Of a stretch of 64,000 nucleotides of DNA, positions 27,990-36,077 are shown one piece after another (position 1 is the first letter of the stretch; every line of letters begins with the position of its first letter). Origin of the DNA: an uncultured Verrucomicrobiota bacterium (GTDB taxonomy: Bacteria; Verrucomicrobiota; Verrucomicrobiia; Limisphaerales; JAEYXS01); contig CAZPUL010000002.1 in NCBI GenBank assembly GCA_964589735.1, positions 8,176-72,175 of the forward strand. The letters are read 5' to 3'. The translations under genes and the position numbers were made by a program. A model generated the notes under the pieces. The model searched no databases, was not told where the DNA came from, and worked only from the letters and a program-made list of their open reading frames with translations.

Positions 27990-29678
27990 ATGAACCGCCG
28001 CCAGTTTCTTAAAGCCTCGGGCACCGTCACCGCAGGTGCGTTGCTCGCCGGTGAAGTCTGCCCGCTTTCCGCTAATCTCATCAGCCCAAAAGAACGTGAC
28101 GTCATCGTCTATTCTGGCGTGCCGTGCGGCATCGCGGCGGCCATCCATGCCGCGCGTGAGGGTGCCAGGGTTCTCCTTATCGAACCCACCAAACACCTCG
28201 GCGGCCTCAGCACCAGCGGTATCAACACGGCGGAAAGCGAGCACATGCTCAAGTGGACCATCGGCGGTTTTGCCGATGAGTTTTACCGTCGTTTGGGCAA
28301 GCATTACGAGGACACCAAGGACCAGCAAGCGAAGCTGAAAGAAGGAGACCGCCTAAACACGGCGTATTTCTTTGAGTCCAGTGTGGCGGAGAAGGTGTAT
28401 CTGGACATGCTGAATGAGGCGAAGATAGAGACGATGTACGGGGTGTGGGTGGAGAACGTAGAGAAGACGGGTGCCAAGATCACCACCATCAAACTCAGCA
28501 ATGGGCTCATTCTTTCTGCCAAAATTTTCATCGATGCCAGCTATGAAGGGGATCTGATGGCGCGGGCGGGGGTGAAGTATTCCATCGGCCGCGAAAGCAA
28601 AGCCGAGTTCGGCGAGGAAGCGGCGGGCATCCGTTTCGACAAGACGCCGCGCAAAGCCGCCACGGTGGATGCCCAAGGCAATCTGCTGCCCGGCATCAGT
28701 GCGTGGGCGAAAGACTTGAAGGAAGGCGATGCCCATCGCTCGCCGATGAACTACAATTTTCGCCTCTGCTTCGCCAAGGACAAGAACCTGCAAGTGCCCA
28801 TCCCCGCGCCGAAGCATTACGACCGCAAACGTTATCAATTGCTTGAGAACTGGTTCAATGAGAAGACCGCGAAGAAAGAGGCGGTGAAGCTCACGGACAT
28901 TCTCGACTTCTACGCCCGTCGCAATGGCAAGTATGAGGTGAACAACAAACAGGCGGCGATCTTTTCCATCGGCCATTTCGGCGGACAGTTCGAGTATTCC
29001 GATGCGGATTACGCGAAGCGCGAGCAGATCATCGAGGATCACTGGGATTACACCCTCGGCCTGCTGCACTTCCTCGCGAATGAAGCGAGTGTGCCCGAGA
29101 ATGTCCGTACGGAGATGAAGTCATGGGGCCTGCACAAAGACGAGTTCAAAGACAACGGCAATCTGCCGTATCAACTCTACGTGCGTGAGGCGCGTCGCAT
29201 GCGCGGTCAATACGTCGTCACGCAGATGGATGTGCAGGAAAACCGCCGCAAGCCGGACAGCATCGGCCTCAGCAGCCATTTCATCGACAGCCACCACGTG
29301 CAGCGCGTGGCCCTGTCACCCACGGAGTTCGTGAACGAAGGCCGCATCTGGCGCGTGAGTCGCGCATATCAGATGCCCTACCGCGCCTTTACGCCGAAGA
29401 AAGCCGAGTGCGAGAATCTCTTGGTGCCTGGGGCCGTTAGCTTCACCCATGTCGCCTTCTGCTCCTATCGCCTGGAAAGCGTATGGATGATCGCCGGACA
29501 TGCTTGCGGTGTGGCGGCGGCCATGGCGGCGAAAGCGAAGCAAACGGTGCATGAAGTAGATGTGCCGAAGTTGCAGGAGAAACTCCGTGCGCAGAAGCAA
29601 GTCGTCGATTTCATCCCCGGCCAGCCTGAGTTCTGGTATGACGTGAACAAGACGCCGAACGGACCGCCGGAGTTCTAG
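27990..29678 (+). CDS. FAD-dependent oxidoreductase with consensus Tat signal
   Basis: 'MNRRQFLKASGTVTAGALLAG'. 'DVIVYSGVPCGIAAAIHAAREGARVLLIE...GGLSTSG' is the dinucleotide-binding fold. Confidence 0.75.
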   Translation: MNRRQFLKASGTVTAGALLAGEVCPLSANLISPKERDVIVYSGVPCGIAAAIHAAREGARVLLIEPTKHLGGLSTSGINTAESEHMLKWTIGGFADEFYRRLGKHYEDTKDQQAKLKEGDRLNTAYFFESSVAEKVYLDMLNEAKIETMYGVWVENVEKTGAKITTIKLSNGLILSAKIFIDASYEGDLMARAGVKYSIGRESKAEFGEEAAGIRFDKTPRKAATVDAQGNLLPGISAWAKDLKEGDAHRSPMNYNFRLCFAKDKNLQVPIPAPKHYDRKRYQLLENWFNEKTAKKEAVKLTDILDFYARRNGKYEVNNKQAAIFSIGHFGGQFEYSDADYAKREQIIEDHWDYTLGLLHFLANEASVPENVRTEMKSWGLHKDEFKDNGNLPYQLYVREARRMRGQYVVTQMDVQENRRKPDSIGLSSHFIDSHHVQRVALSPTEFVNEGRIWRVSRAYQMPYRAFTPKKAECENLLVPGAVSFTHVAFCSYRLESVWMIAGHACGVAAAMAAKAKQTVHEVDVPKLQEKLRAQKQVVDFIPGQPEFWYDVNKTPNGPPEF

Positions 29679-29806
29679 AGCAGGTCCTGCACTTTGTCGG
29701 AGCGTGGGTGTCTTGCTCGCAGCGTGGTTCGCTTGCCAGTGGATTGGCCGGAGGACTGAACGGGACTGAACTAAGGGAAGTTCTTTGCGGGTTATTATTG
29801 CGAGGC

Positions 29807-29866
29807 TGGCCTGACTTTGCTTAGGGACGTTGCTGCCGACGAGACGTCGGCGCTCCACTCGATAGC
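29807..29866. repeat. Hairpin repeat family Y, copy 1
   Basis: 'TGGCCTGACTTTGCTTAGGGACGTTGCTGCCGACGAGACGTCGGCGCTCC'. Compare 46771..46835 and 48052..48294. Confidence 0.8.
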
Positions 29867-30031
29867 AACCGCTTTAAGGTCAAGACCGGCACCTTGCAAT
29901 TTGCCAGCTTTTCGCGAAAAGCCTGATTTTAGAGCCGAAATACCGCTTGCCCGCAACAAGGGAGCGTGGCTGAATCAAGGTGTTGGATAACAAGTGATAT
30001 ACTTGTCAACCCATCCAATATTTCCAGCCTT

Positions 30032-31660
30032 ATGAAAATTCGGTCGTCGTTCATCCGGGGCCTGTGGCTGTTCGCACTGGCGTTATCCTCCTTCTCCACC
30101 TTGCCGGAGGCTCTGGCCCAAGGCACCACCGCCTTCACTTATCAGGGACAGTTGCGTGATGGCGGCACCAACGCCAATGGCAATTACTCGATGGTGTTCA
30201 AATTGCACGATGCCTTGACCAGCGGCAACCAGGTGGGGCCGACGGTGACCTTGGCGAGCCAGTTCATCACGAACGGGCAATTCAACGCCTCATTGGATTT
30301 TGGTGCGGTCTTTGAGGGTTCGGCGCGCTGGCTGGAGATCTCCGTGGAAGGAAATCTGCTGACGCCGCGCACGCCGGTAGCTCCCACGCCGTATTCGTTG
30401 TATTCCGCTAAAGCTGGTAGCGTGTCCAATCCGACATTTCTAGGGACAACGGGAAACACGCCGTTGGAGCTGTACGTGAACAATACGCGGGCCTTGCGGC
30501 TGGAACCGGCAACGGGAAGCCCAAATCTCATCGGTGGCTATTCTGGAAACGTGGTGAGCAATGGTTTCATTGGAGCTGTCATCGCAGGTGGTGGCGCAGC
30601 CACTAATCCTGAGAATGGAGACCCGGTGCAAAACATCATCGGAGCTAACTTCGCTTTCATCGGTAGTGGCGCGCGCAATCTCATCACTGGCGAAGGTGGC
30701 GTGATCGGAGGCGGGTTCTACAACACAGTTACCAATGGCACCGGAGTGATCGCGGGTGGAGATGGAAACCTGGTCGGCGGCAGCCAGGCATTCATCGGTG
30801 CAGGTTCTGAGAATGTGGCCACGGGTCATAATTCCGTAGTGGCTGGTGGTTCAGGCAATCGGGCCACGGGTGGTAACGCGTTTATCGGTGGCGGCCAGGA
30901 CAATGTGGCGGGCACAAGCTCGTTTTCAGTAGTGGCCGGTGGCAAGAGTAACACGGCTAGCGGCAATCAATCCATCGTGGGTGGCGGCGATGGCAATACC
31001 GCCAGTGGTGATTACTCTGTGGTGATCGGCGGACTCAATAACACCGCGAGCGCCAATTTCTGTTTCGCTGGCGGCACGAGCGCTAATGCCACCCATCAAG
31101 GCAGCTTTGTCTGGTCTTCGGACGGCTCCAGCTCATTCAGTTCGGCTGCTATCGGCGAGTTTGCCGTGCGCGCTGCTGGTGGCTTCCGGTTCGTTTGCGG
31201 ACCTAACTCCATCGCCATGCTGAATAACACCGTTACCATAGGCAACGGTGACTTTCGCGTTCCCGCCGGCGGTGCTTCATTCCGTGACCCGATCACTGCC
31301 GCAGCCTTCAACACGACCAGCGACCGCAATGCGAAGCAGGATTTCGCCGAGGTGAACGGGCGCGAGGTGCTGGCCAAGGTCCTGGCCTTGCCGATCCAGA
31401 CCTGGGCTTTCAAGCAGGACACGGCCATTCGTCATATCGGACCGATGGCGCAAGATTTCCGTTCGGCTTTCGGCCTCGGAGTTGATGAAAAACACATCGC
31501 CACGGTGGATGCCGACGGGGTGGCGCTGGCGGCGATACAGGGGTTGAACGAAGTGGTGAAGGAGAAGGATGCAGAGATCGCGTCGCTCAAGCAGCGGCTG
31601 GAGAGCCTGGAGAAAGCGGTATCAACGCTGGTGCAAACAAAGAACGGAGGCGCCCGATGA
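30032..31660 (+). CDS. Trimeric-fibre-like secreted protein: FTYQGQL N-domain + Hep_Hag/YadA-head-like Gly-rich repeats + C-terminal peptidase-S74 intramolecular chaperone (tail-fibre domain protein)
   Basis: ATG at 30032 with signal 'LWLFALALSSFSTLPEALA'. Repeats are of the type 'AGGSGNRATGGNAFIGGGQDNVAG'. The S74 start 'TSDRNAKQDF...IQTWAFK...IGPMAQDF...[14 protein letters not shown]' is followed by a coiled coil. Confidence 0.8.
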   Translation: MKIRSSFIRGLWLFALALSSFSTLPEALAQGTTAFTYQGQLRDGGTNANGNYSMVFKLHDALTSGNQVGPTVTLASQFITNGQFNASLDFGAVFEGSARWLEISVEGNLLTPRTPVAPTPYSLYSAKAGSVSNPTFLGTTGNTPLELYVNNTRALRLEPATGSPNLIGGYSGNVVSNGFIGAVIAGGGAATNPENGDPVQNIIGANFAFIGSGARNLITGEGGVIGGGFYNTVTNGTGVIAGGDGNLVGGSQAFIGAGSENVATGHNSVVAGGSGNRATGGNAFIGGGQDNVAGTSSFSVVAGGKSNTASGNQSIVGGGDGNTASGDYSVVIGGLNNTASANFCFAGGTSANATHQGSFVWSSDGSSSFSSAAIGEFAVRAAGGFRFVCGPNSIAMLNNTVTIGNGDFRVPAGGASFRDPITAAAFNTTSDRNAKQDFAEVNGREVLAKVLALPIQTWAFKQDTAIRHIGPMAQDFRSAFGLGVDEKHIATVDADGVALAAIQGLNEVVKEKDAEIASLKQRLESLEKAVSTLVQTKNGGAR

Positions 31661-32094
31661 AACGCATTCTCTTGTTCGCGGGCTTGATGTTGTGCGCGCT
31701 GAGTGCGCAGGCGCAGAGCGGCGGGCGTTTCACCATGGTGCGGAGTGTGATCGCCGGCGGGGCCATCACCGGCAGCACGGGTGGCACGTACAGCCTGAAC
31801 GGCACGGTGGGACAACCGGGGGCGGCGGTGCTGACGGAGACGCGGTTCGTGGTGAGCGTGGGGTACTGGATCACGCCGCCGTTGCTGGTGTTCGCGCCGA
31901 AGAAGGTGGGCAATGATTTCAGCATCTCGTTCGAGACGGAGCCGGGGCAGAGCTACATCGTGGAATACACGGACTCGCTGACGGAGCCGAACTGGCAGGT
32001 GCTGCCGACGCAGACCGGTGACGGCACGGTGAAGTCGGTGACGGATTCTGCGCCGGGGGTGCCGAACCGATATTACCGGGTGAGGCAGCCGTAG
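31657..32094 (+). CDS. Small secreted partner protein (unknown family)
   Basis: ATGA overlap with the upstream stop. Signal 'MKRILLFAGLMLCALSAQA'. 'SLNGTVGQPGAAV...VGYW' motif and a 'YYRVRQP' ending. Confidence 0.7.
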   Translation: MKRILLFAGLMLCALSAQAQSGGRFTMVRSVIAGGAITGSTGGTYSLNGTVGQPGAAVLTETRFVVSVGYWITPPLLVFAPKKVGNDFSISFETEPGQSYIVEYTDSLTEPNWQVLPTQTGDGTVKSVTDSAPGVPNRYYRVRQP

Positions 32095-32104
32095 GCAGGG
32101 AGGT

Positions 32105-32284
32105 TAGAGCGGTTTAAAAAATACTGTGGCCGATTGTCTGGGGAGCGGAGCGAGCGGTCTTTTTGGGTCAGGGCGTCGTTTCGGCTCAGTCACAGGGTCG
32201 TTTGGAACCTGCTCCTTCGCCAAAGCCTCGCCCTGACCCAAAAATCCTCGCCCCAATCGGCCACAGTATTTTTAAAACGCTCTA
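32105..32284. mobile_element. Foldback MITE copy A (element 32107..32282 flanked by TA/TA)
   Basis: TIRs GAGCGGTTTAAAAAAT / ATTTTTAAAACGCTC. Its core is near-identical to 48082..48258. Confidence 0.8.
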
Positions 32285-32330
32285 AATCGTTAAAAGGTGA
32301 AGCGTTGAAACGAGTTTCGTTTCAACGCTT
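32285..32330. terminator. W-family word repeat copy 2 containing a perfect 14-bp hairpin (bidirectional terminator candidate)
   Basis: AAGCGTTGAAACGA-GTT-TCGTTTCAACGCTT (32300..32330), between convergent gene ends. Confidence 0.6.
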
Positions 32331-32355
32331 CTCGCTTTCAGATATTTACGGCAAC

Positions 32356-33426
32356 TCACTTCGCCTTGGTCTGGAAGGTCTGTTTGTGGCTGCTGGCGGG
32401 GATGCTGATGGTGTAGCTCTTGCCATCGGGAGCCACGGACATCTTGAGGTAGTTCGCCTCGCACTTCTCGTCGTGGTTGGCGATGTGCTCCTTCACTGTG
32501 TTGTTCACGTTGCCATCGGGGCGAAGATTCTGGTGCACCTGGTACATCGCCTTGATGGAAGGCGTGGACTTCAGCGTGCCGAAGGTCTGCGGGCCGCAGC
32601 CCTTGGTGGTGCCGTTGTTCATCACGGAGACGGTGGGTGACAGGCTTTTGATAAGGAGCGGGTTGTTGCTCACGTCGAGGCCGTGATGGTTCACCTGATA
32701 GACGTCCACGGTGCCGGCGAGGTTGATGGGGCAGACGAGTTCGCCTTCCACATTCCACGAGAGGTCGCCGCCATTGAAGAAGCGGAACGAGCCGAACTCG
32801 ATGAGTGTCACCACACTGTTCGCGTTGTCGCTCTTGTCTTTTTCCTTGAGCGTGATGCCTTCGCACTGGGCATTGGCACCGGCGGGTTTCTTGCTGGTGA
32901 AGACTTGATGGGCTGCGAGGCATTTCACGTTCAGATTCGCCACGGAAGCATCGGCACTGGCTTTGAAGGGGATGGTGTCATCCGGGCGGATGACTTTGCG
33001 TTCTGCTTTGATGTCCTTGTAGGGCTTGATCATCAGGGGGAAACGGGTGTCGCGCGGGTTGTTGTCCGGATTGGTCTCGGGCACGCCTTTATCCCAGATG
33101 GTGCCGATGGGGATCTGTTGCGCGACCTCGGCCGCACCGCCGAAGTGGTCGATGTGGAAATGGGTGGTGAGGAGGTTGTCGATGCGTTGCAAACCGGCGA
33201 CTTCCTTGGCGACTTTCACGATGCGCGCGGAGTCGCGGCCACCGGGATTGCCGCTGTCGATGAGCAAGGACTCACCGGCGGGCGTGACGATGAGGGTGGA
33301 ACCGCCGCCTTCGGAATCGATCCAATAGACATCGAGCGTCTTGTCCGCGAGACCGGCGTAAGTGGTGCAAACAGCGGATGCAGACAGGAGCAGGGAAAGC
33401 GTGAGCGATTTCGTGTGATGGTGCAT
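32356..33426 (-). CDS. Secreted MBL-fold metallo-hydrolase (ComEC-C-like lactamase_B domain)
   Basis: Start at the Met at 33426 with a signal peptide. '[19 protein letters not shown]', '[11 protein letters not shown]' (HxHxDH) and 'YQVNHHG'. Confidence 0.8.
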   Translation of the reverse strand: MHHHTKSLTLSLLLSASAVCTTYAGLADKTLDVYWIDSEGGGSTLIVTPAGESLLIDSGNPGGRDSARIVKVAKEVAGLQRIDNLLTTHFHIDHFGGAAEVAQQIPIGTIWDKGVPETNPDNNPRDTRFPLMIKPYKDIKAERKVIRPDDTIPFKASADASVANLNVKCLAAHQVFTSKKPAGANAQCEGITLKEKDKSDNANSVVTLIEFGSFRFFNGGDLSWNVEGELVCPINLAGTVDVYQVNHHGLDVSNNPLLIKSLSPTVSVMNNGTTKGCGPQTFGTLKSTPSIKAMYQVHQNLRPDGNVNNTVKEHIANHDEKCEANYLKMSVAPDGKSYTISIPASSHKQTFQTKAK

Positions 33427-33458
33427 GAGAGGATTAAAGCGGGGCTGGGGAAGGGTTT

Positions 33459-33491
33459 CAACCACAGAGAGCACGGAGGGCACAGAGAGGG
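33459..33491 (+). repeat. AACCAC(R)GAG heptad-like repeat family T, copy 1
   Basis: 'CAACCACAGAGAGCACGGAGGGCACAGAGAGGG'. Confidence 0.7.
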
Positions 33492-33546
33492 AATGGAGGG
33501 GGATGGTGGGGAGCATTTAAAAAATTGTAACGCAAGGCACGCTCAC

Positions 33547-33594
33547 TCCTCACCCCGGCCCTCTCCTCATTAGAGGAGAGGGAGAACATTTGGC
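33547..33594. repeat. CCCTCTCC/GGAGAGGG hairpin repeat (family P), copy 1
   Basis: 'CTCACCCCGGCCCTCTCCTC-ATTA-GAGGAGAGGGAGAACATTTGGC'. Confidence 0.75.
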
Positions 33595-33636
33595 TTCACA
33601 AGTGCAGTTCGCGGATTCGGGTTGGCGGGTGTTTTG

Positions 33637-34848
33637 TTACGCTTTCAGCTTGAGCGGATGCGCGCGGTCTTTTAGGGGGAGGCTTATGCGGCGTTGGGCG
33701 AGGGCGGCCTGGTAAACGGCCATGACCATTTCCACGGCTTTCATGCCGTCGTAGCCGCTGCACGCGGGTTCGCTGCCATTGCGGGCGGCAGTGATGAGGC
33801 TGTCGAGCAACTGGCGATTGCCCGCAGTGGTGTTGCGCTGGCTATCGGGCACGCTGGTGGTGGGATCGCCGGGCACGGGTTCCCACGCTTCCGTCTGGCC
33901 TTTATCGGTCCAAGTGCCGGGTTTGCGGAGGAAGATGCGCGGCGGGATGTTCGCCTGGATCTTCACCACGCCTTTGCTGCCGATGAGTTCGAGGCCCCAA
34001 TTGCCGGCGACGGTGGAATAAGCCTGGCGGGAGATGAAGGTGGCGTTCACGCCTTTCGCGAAACCGAACTGCGCGTAGATGTCTTCGCCCGCGACCAAGC
34101 CGATGCCTTCGGTGGCTTTGCGGCCATCGTTCGCCGTGATGTCGCGGCCTTGGGTGAGGACGCGGGCGGTGCACCACTGGGCATCGCCGGCGAAGAGGCG
34201 CATGAGGTCGAAGAGATGAACGCCGAGCACGAGCATGTCCTCACCACCGGCGCGCTTGTCCTGCTTGCCGTTCGCGCGGATCTCGATGAGGTCGCCGATG
34301 AGACCTTTCTCCAGTTGCGCTTTCAGGAAGACGATGTTATGCGCCACATGCATCTGGTGGGCGACGGCGATCTTGCTGCCGGATTTCTTCGCGGCGGCCA
34401 GAATGGCATCGGCTTCTGCGAGGTCTGTGGTGAAAGGTTTCTCGGAATAGATGTGCGCGCCGACGCTGATGGCGGCGAGGGCCATGGCCTTATGTTCCAA
34501 GGTCCAGCGGGTGGCGATGCTGACGAGGTCGGGCTGTTCCACGGCGAGCATCTCGTGGTAGCTGGCGTAGGCCTTGGGGGCTTTGAGTTTGGCCTGAGTT
34601 TTGGCGAGGCCGTCGGCATCGGCATCCGCGACGGCGACGAGTTCCACCTCGGGGTGATTGGTCATCACCACGTCCATGCCGTGGCCGTAATTGCCTTGGC
34701 CGGTGTGACCTATGACCACGGCACGGAGCTTGCCGGTGGCGCGTTTGGTAAGGAGCGGGGCGGCGGTCTGGCAACCGGTGAGCAGGGCAGTGCCCGCGGT
34801 GGCAAGGGCGGCTTGGGCGAGGAACTGGCGGCGGGAAAGGGGGTTCAT
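33637..34848 (-). CDS. Gfo/Idh/MocA family oxidoreductase with Tat signal
   Basis: Start at the Met at 34848: 'MNPLSRRQFLAQAALATAGTALLTG'. 'LRAVVIGHTGQGNYGHG' (Rossmann) and 'IYSEKP'. Confidence 0.85.
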   Translation of the reverse strand: MNPLSRRQFLAQAALATAGTALLTGCQTAAPLLTKRATGKLRAVVIGHTGQGNYGHGMDVVMTNHPEVELVAVADADADGLAKTQAKLKAPKAYASYHEMLAVEQPDLVSIATRWTLEHKAMALAAISVGAHIYSEKPFTTDLAEADAILAAAKKSGSKIAVAHQMHVAHNIVFLKAQLEKGLIGDLIEIRANGKQDKRAGGEDMLVLGVHLFDLMRLFAGDAQWCTARVLTQGRDITANDGRKATEGIGLVAGEDIYAQFGFAKGVNATFISRQAYSTVAGNWGLELIGSKGVVKIQANIPPRIFLRKPGTWTDKGQTEAWEPVPGDPTTSVPDSQRNTTAGNRQLLDSLITAARNGSEPACSGYDGMKAVEMVMAVYQAALAQRRISLPLKDRAHPLKLKA

Positions 34849-34943
34849 GGGCGTAAAATTCACGGTATTCAAGTGCTGGAAATTCCTGCAAATATGCCTT
34901 GCCAAACGGGGTGTCGCCAAGTTGAATTGCGGCCCTTCGCTGT

Positions 34944-35016
<73 letters not shown>

Positions 35017-35240
35017 CCACTTTCCTTTCGGAACTTAAATACACAAACAGCAGCCAGCCACATCTGTCTGCGTTGACAGCTTGCGCGGGCACGCTAGCGT
35101 TCAAGCGTCGGGGGCGGAAACTATCACCGGCTAGCTAGCGAATGAGCGAAAAGGCTCTGAAATGCCGGCGGAGCTGCTCAGCAGCCCAAACCCGACACTC
35201 TCTTTTTGGGAAGTTGCGAGCGTATGCCTCCTCTCCCTAG

Positions 35241-35268
35241 CCCTCTCCTCCGACGCCGGAGGAGAGGG
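35241..35268. repeat. CCCTCTCC/GGAGAGGG hairpin repeat (family P), copy 2
   Basis: 'CCCTCTCCTCC-GACGCC-GGAGGAGAGGG'. Confidence 0.7.
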
Positions 35269-35344
35269 AAATGGGCGCTTGAATGCTTTGGGCTGAAGGT
35301 CAGCCGTTTGCTCAAGCGAAGAATGACCTTACTAATGGCTTTTT

Positions 35345-35896
35345 GTGGCTGTGACGCGTTCACCCAAATCAAATGTAGAAGTGATGATCCTTGCTGGTGG
35401 CCTGAGCACGCGCATGGGGACAGACAAGGCGCGGGTGCGGCTGGGGCGACGGACGTTGCTGGGGCATGTGAAGCTGGCGGCGGAAGCGACGGGTTGGCGA
35501 GTGCGGGTGGTGCGGGAGGATTTGGTTGAGCGGTGCGGGCCGTTGGGCGGAGTGTTAACGGGAATGCTAACAAGTCGCGCGGAGGCGGTGGTGTTTCTTT
35601 CGTGTGATATGCCGTTCGTCGCGGCGAGGTGGTTGAAGAAGCTGGTGAAGGAGCTGCGTCGCAGCGGGGCTCAGGCGGTGTTCACGCAGCAGGGGAGGTT
35701 CGTGGGGTTTCCTTTCGTGCTGTCGAAGGAGTGTCTGGGGGTGGTGGAGGGGCAACGGGTGAGGGGGGAGTTTTCGTTGCAGGGGTTGGCGAAGGTGCTC
35801 AAGGCGGAGCGGGTGGTGGTGGCGGAGAAAGAGGCGTGGCGGTTCATGAATGTGAATACGCCGGAGGCGTTGGAGGAGGCGAGGGGGCGGATGTGA
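35345..35896 (+). CDS. mobA: MobA-like NTP transferase (molybdenum cofactor guanylyltransferase candidate)
   Basis: 'MILAGGLSTRMGTDKARVRLG', 'GPLGGVLTG', 'FLSCDMPFV' and 'NVNTPEALEEA'. Start at GTG 35345 or ATG 35384. Confidence 0.65.
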   Translation: MAVTRSPKSNVEVMILAGGLSTRMGTDKARVRLGRRTLLGHVKLAAEATGWRVRVVREDLVERCGPLGGVLTGMLTSRAEAVVFLSCDMPFVAARWLKKLVKELRRSGAQAVFTQQGRFVGFPFVLSKECLGVVEGQRVRGEFSLQGLAKVLKAERVVVAEKEAWRFMNVNTPEALEEARGRM

Positions 35897-35922
35897 ACCA
35901 CGGAGACACGGAGGACGCGGAG
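35896..35922 (+). repeat. Family T repeat, copy 2 (overlaps the mobA-like stop codon)
   Basis: 'tgAACCACGGAGACACGGAGGACGCGGAG'. The last base of the TGA is the first base of the repeat. Confidence 0.75.
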
Positions 35923-36077
35923 TTTTGACAGGATGAACAAGATTAACAGGATGCGGGGCGTAATGCGTGATGCAGGGCTGCTGCAATTTGGTTGTGCAGG
36001 TGCTTCGGCGGCGGCCGGCTGAGGACAGCCAGCCCTACCTTGTTGTGTTGCCAGATCTTATGTGGCAGGGTTTGGTC

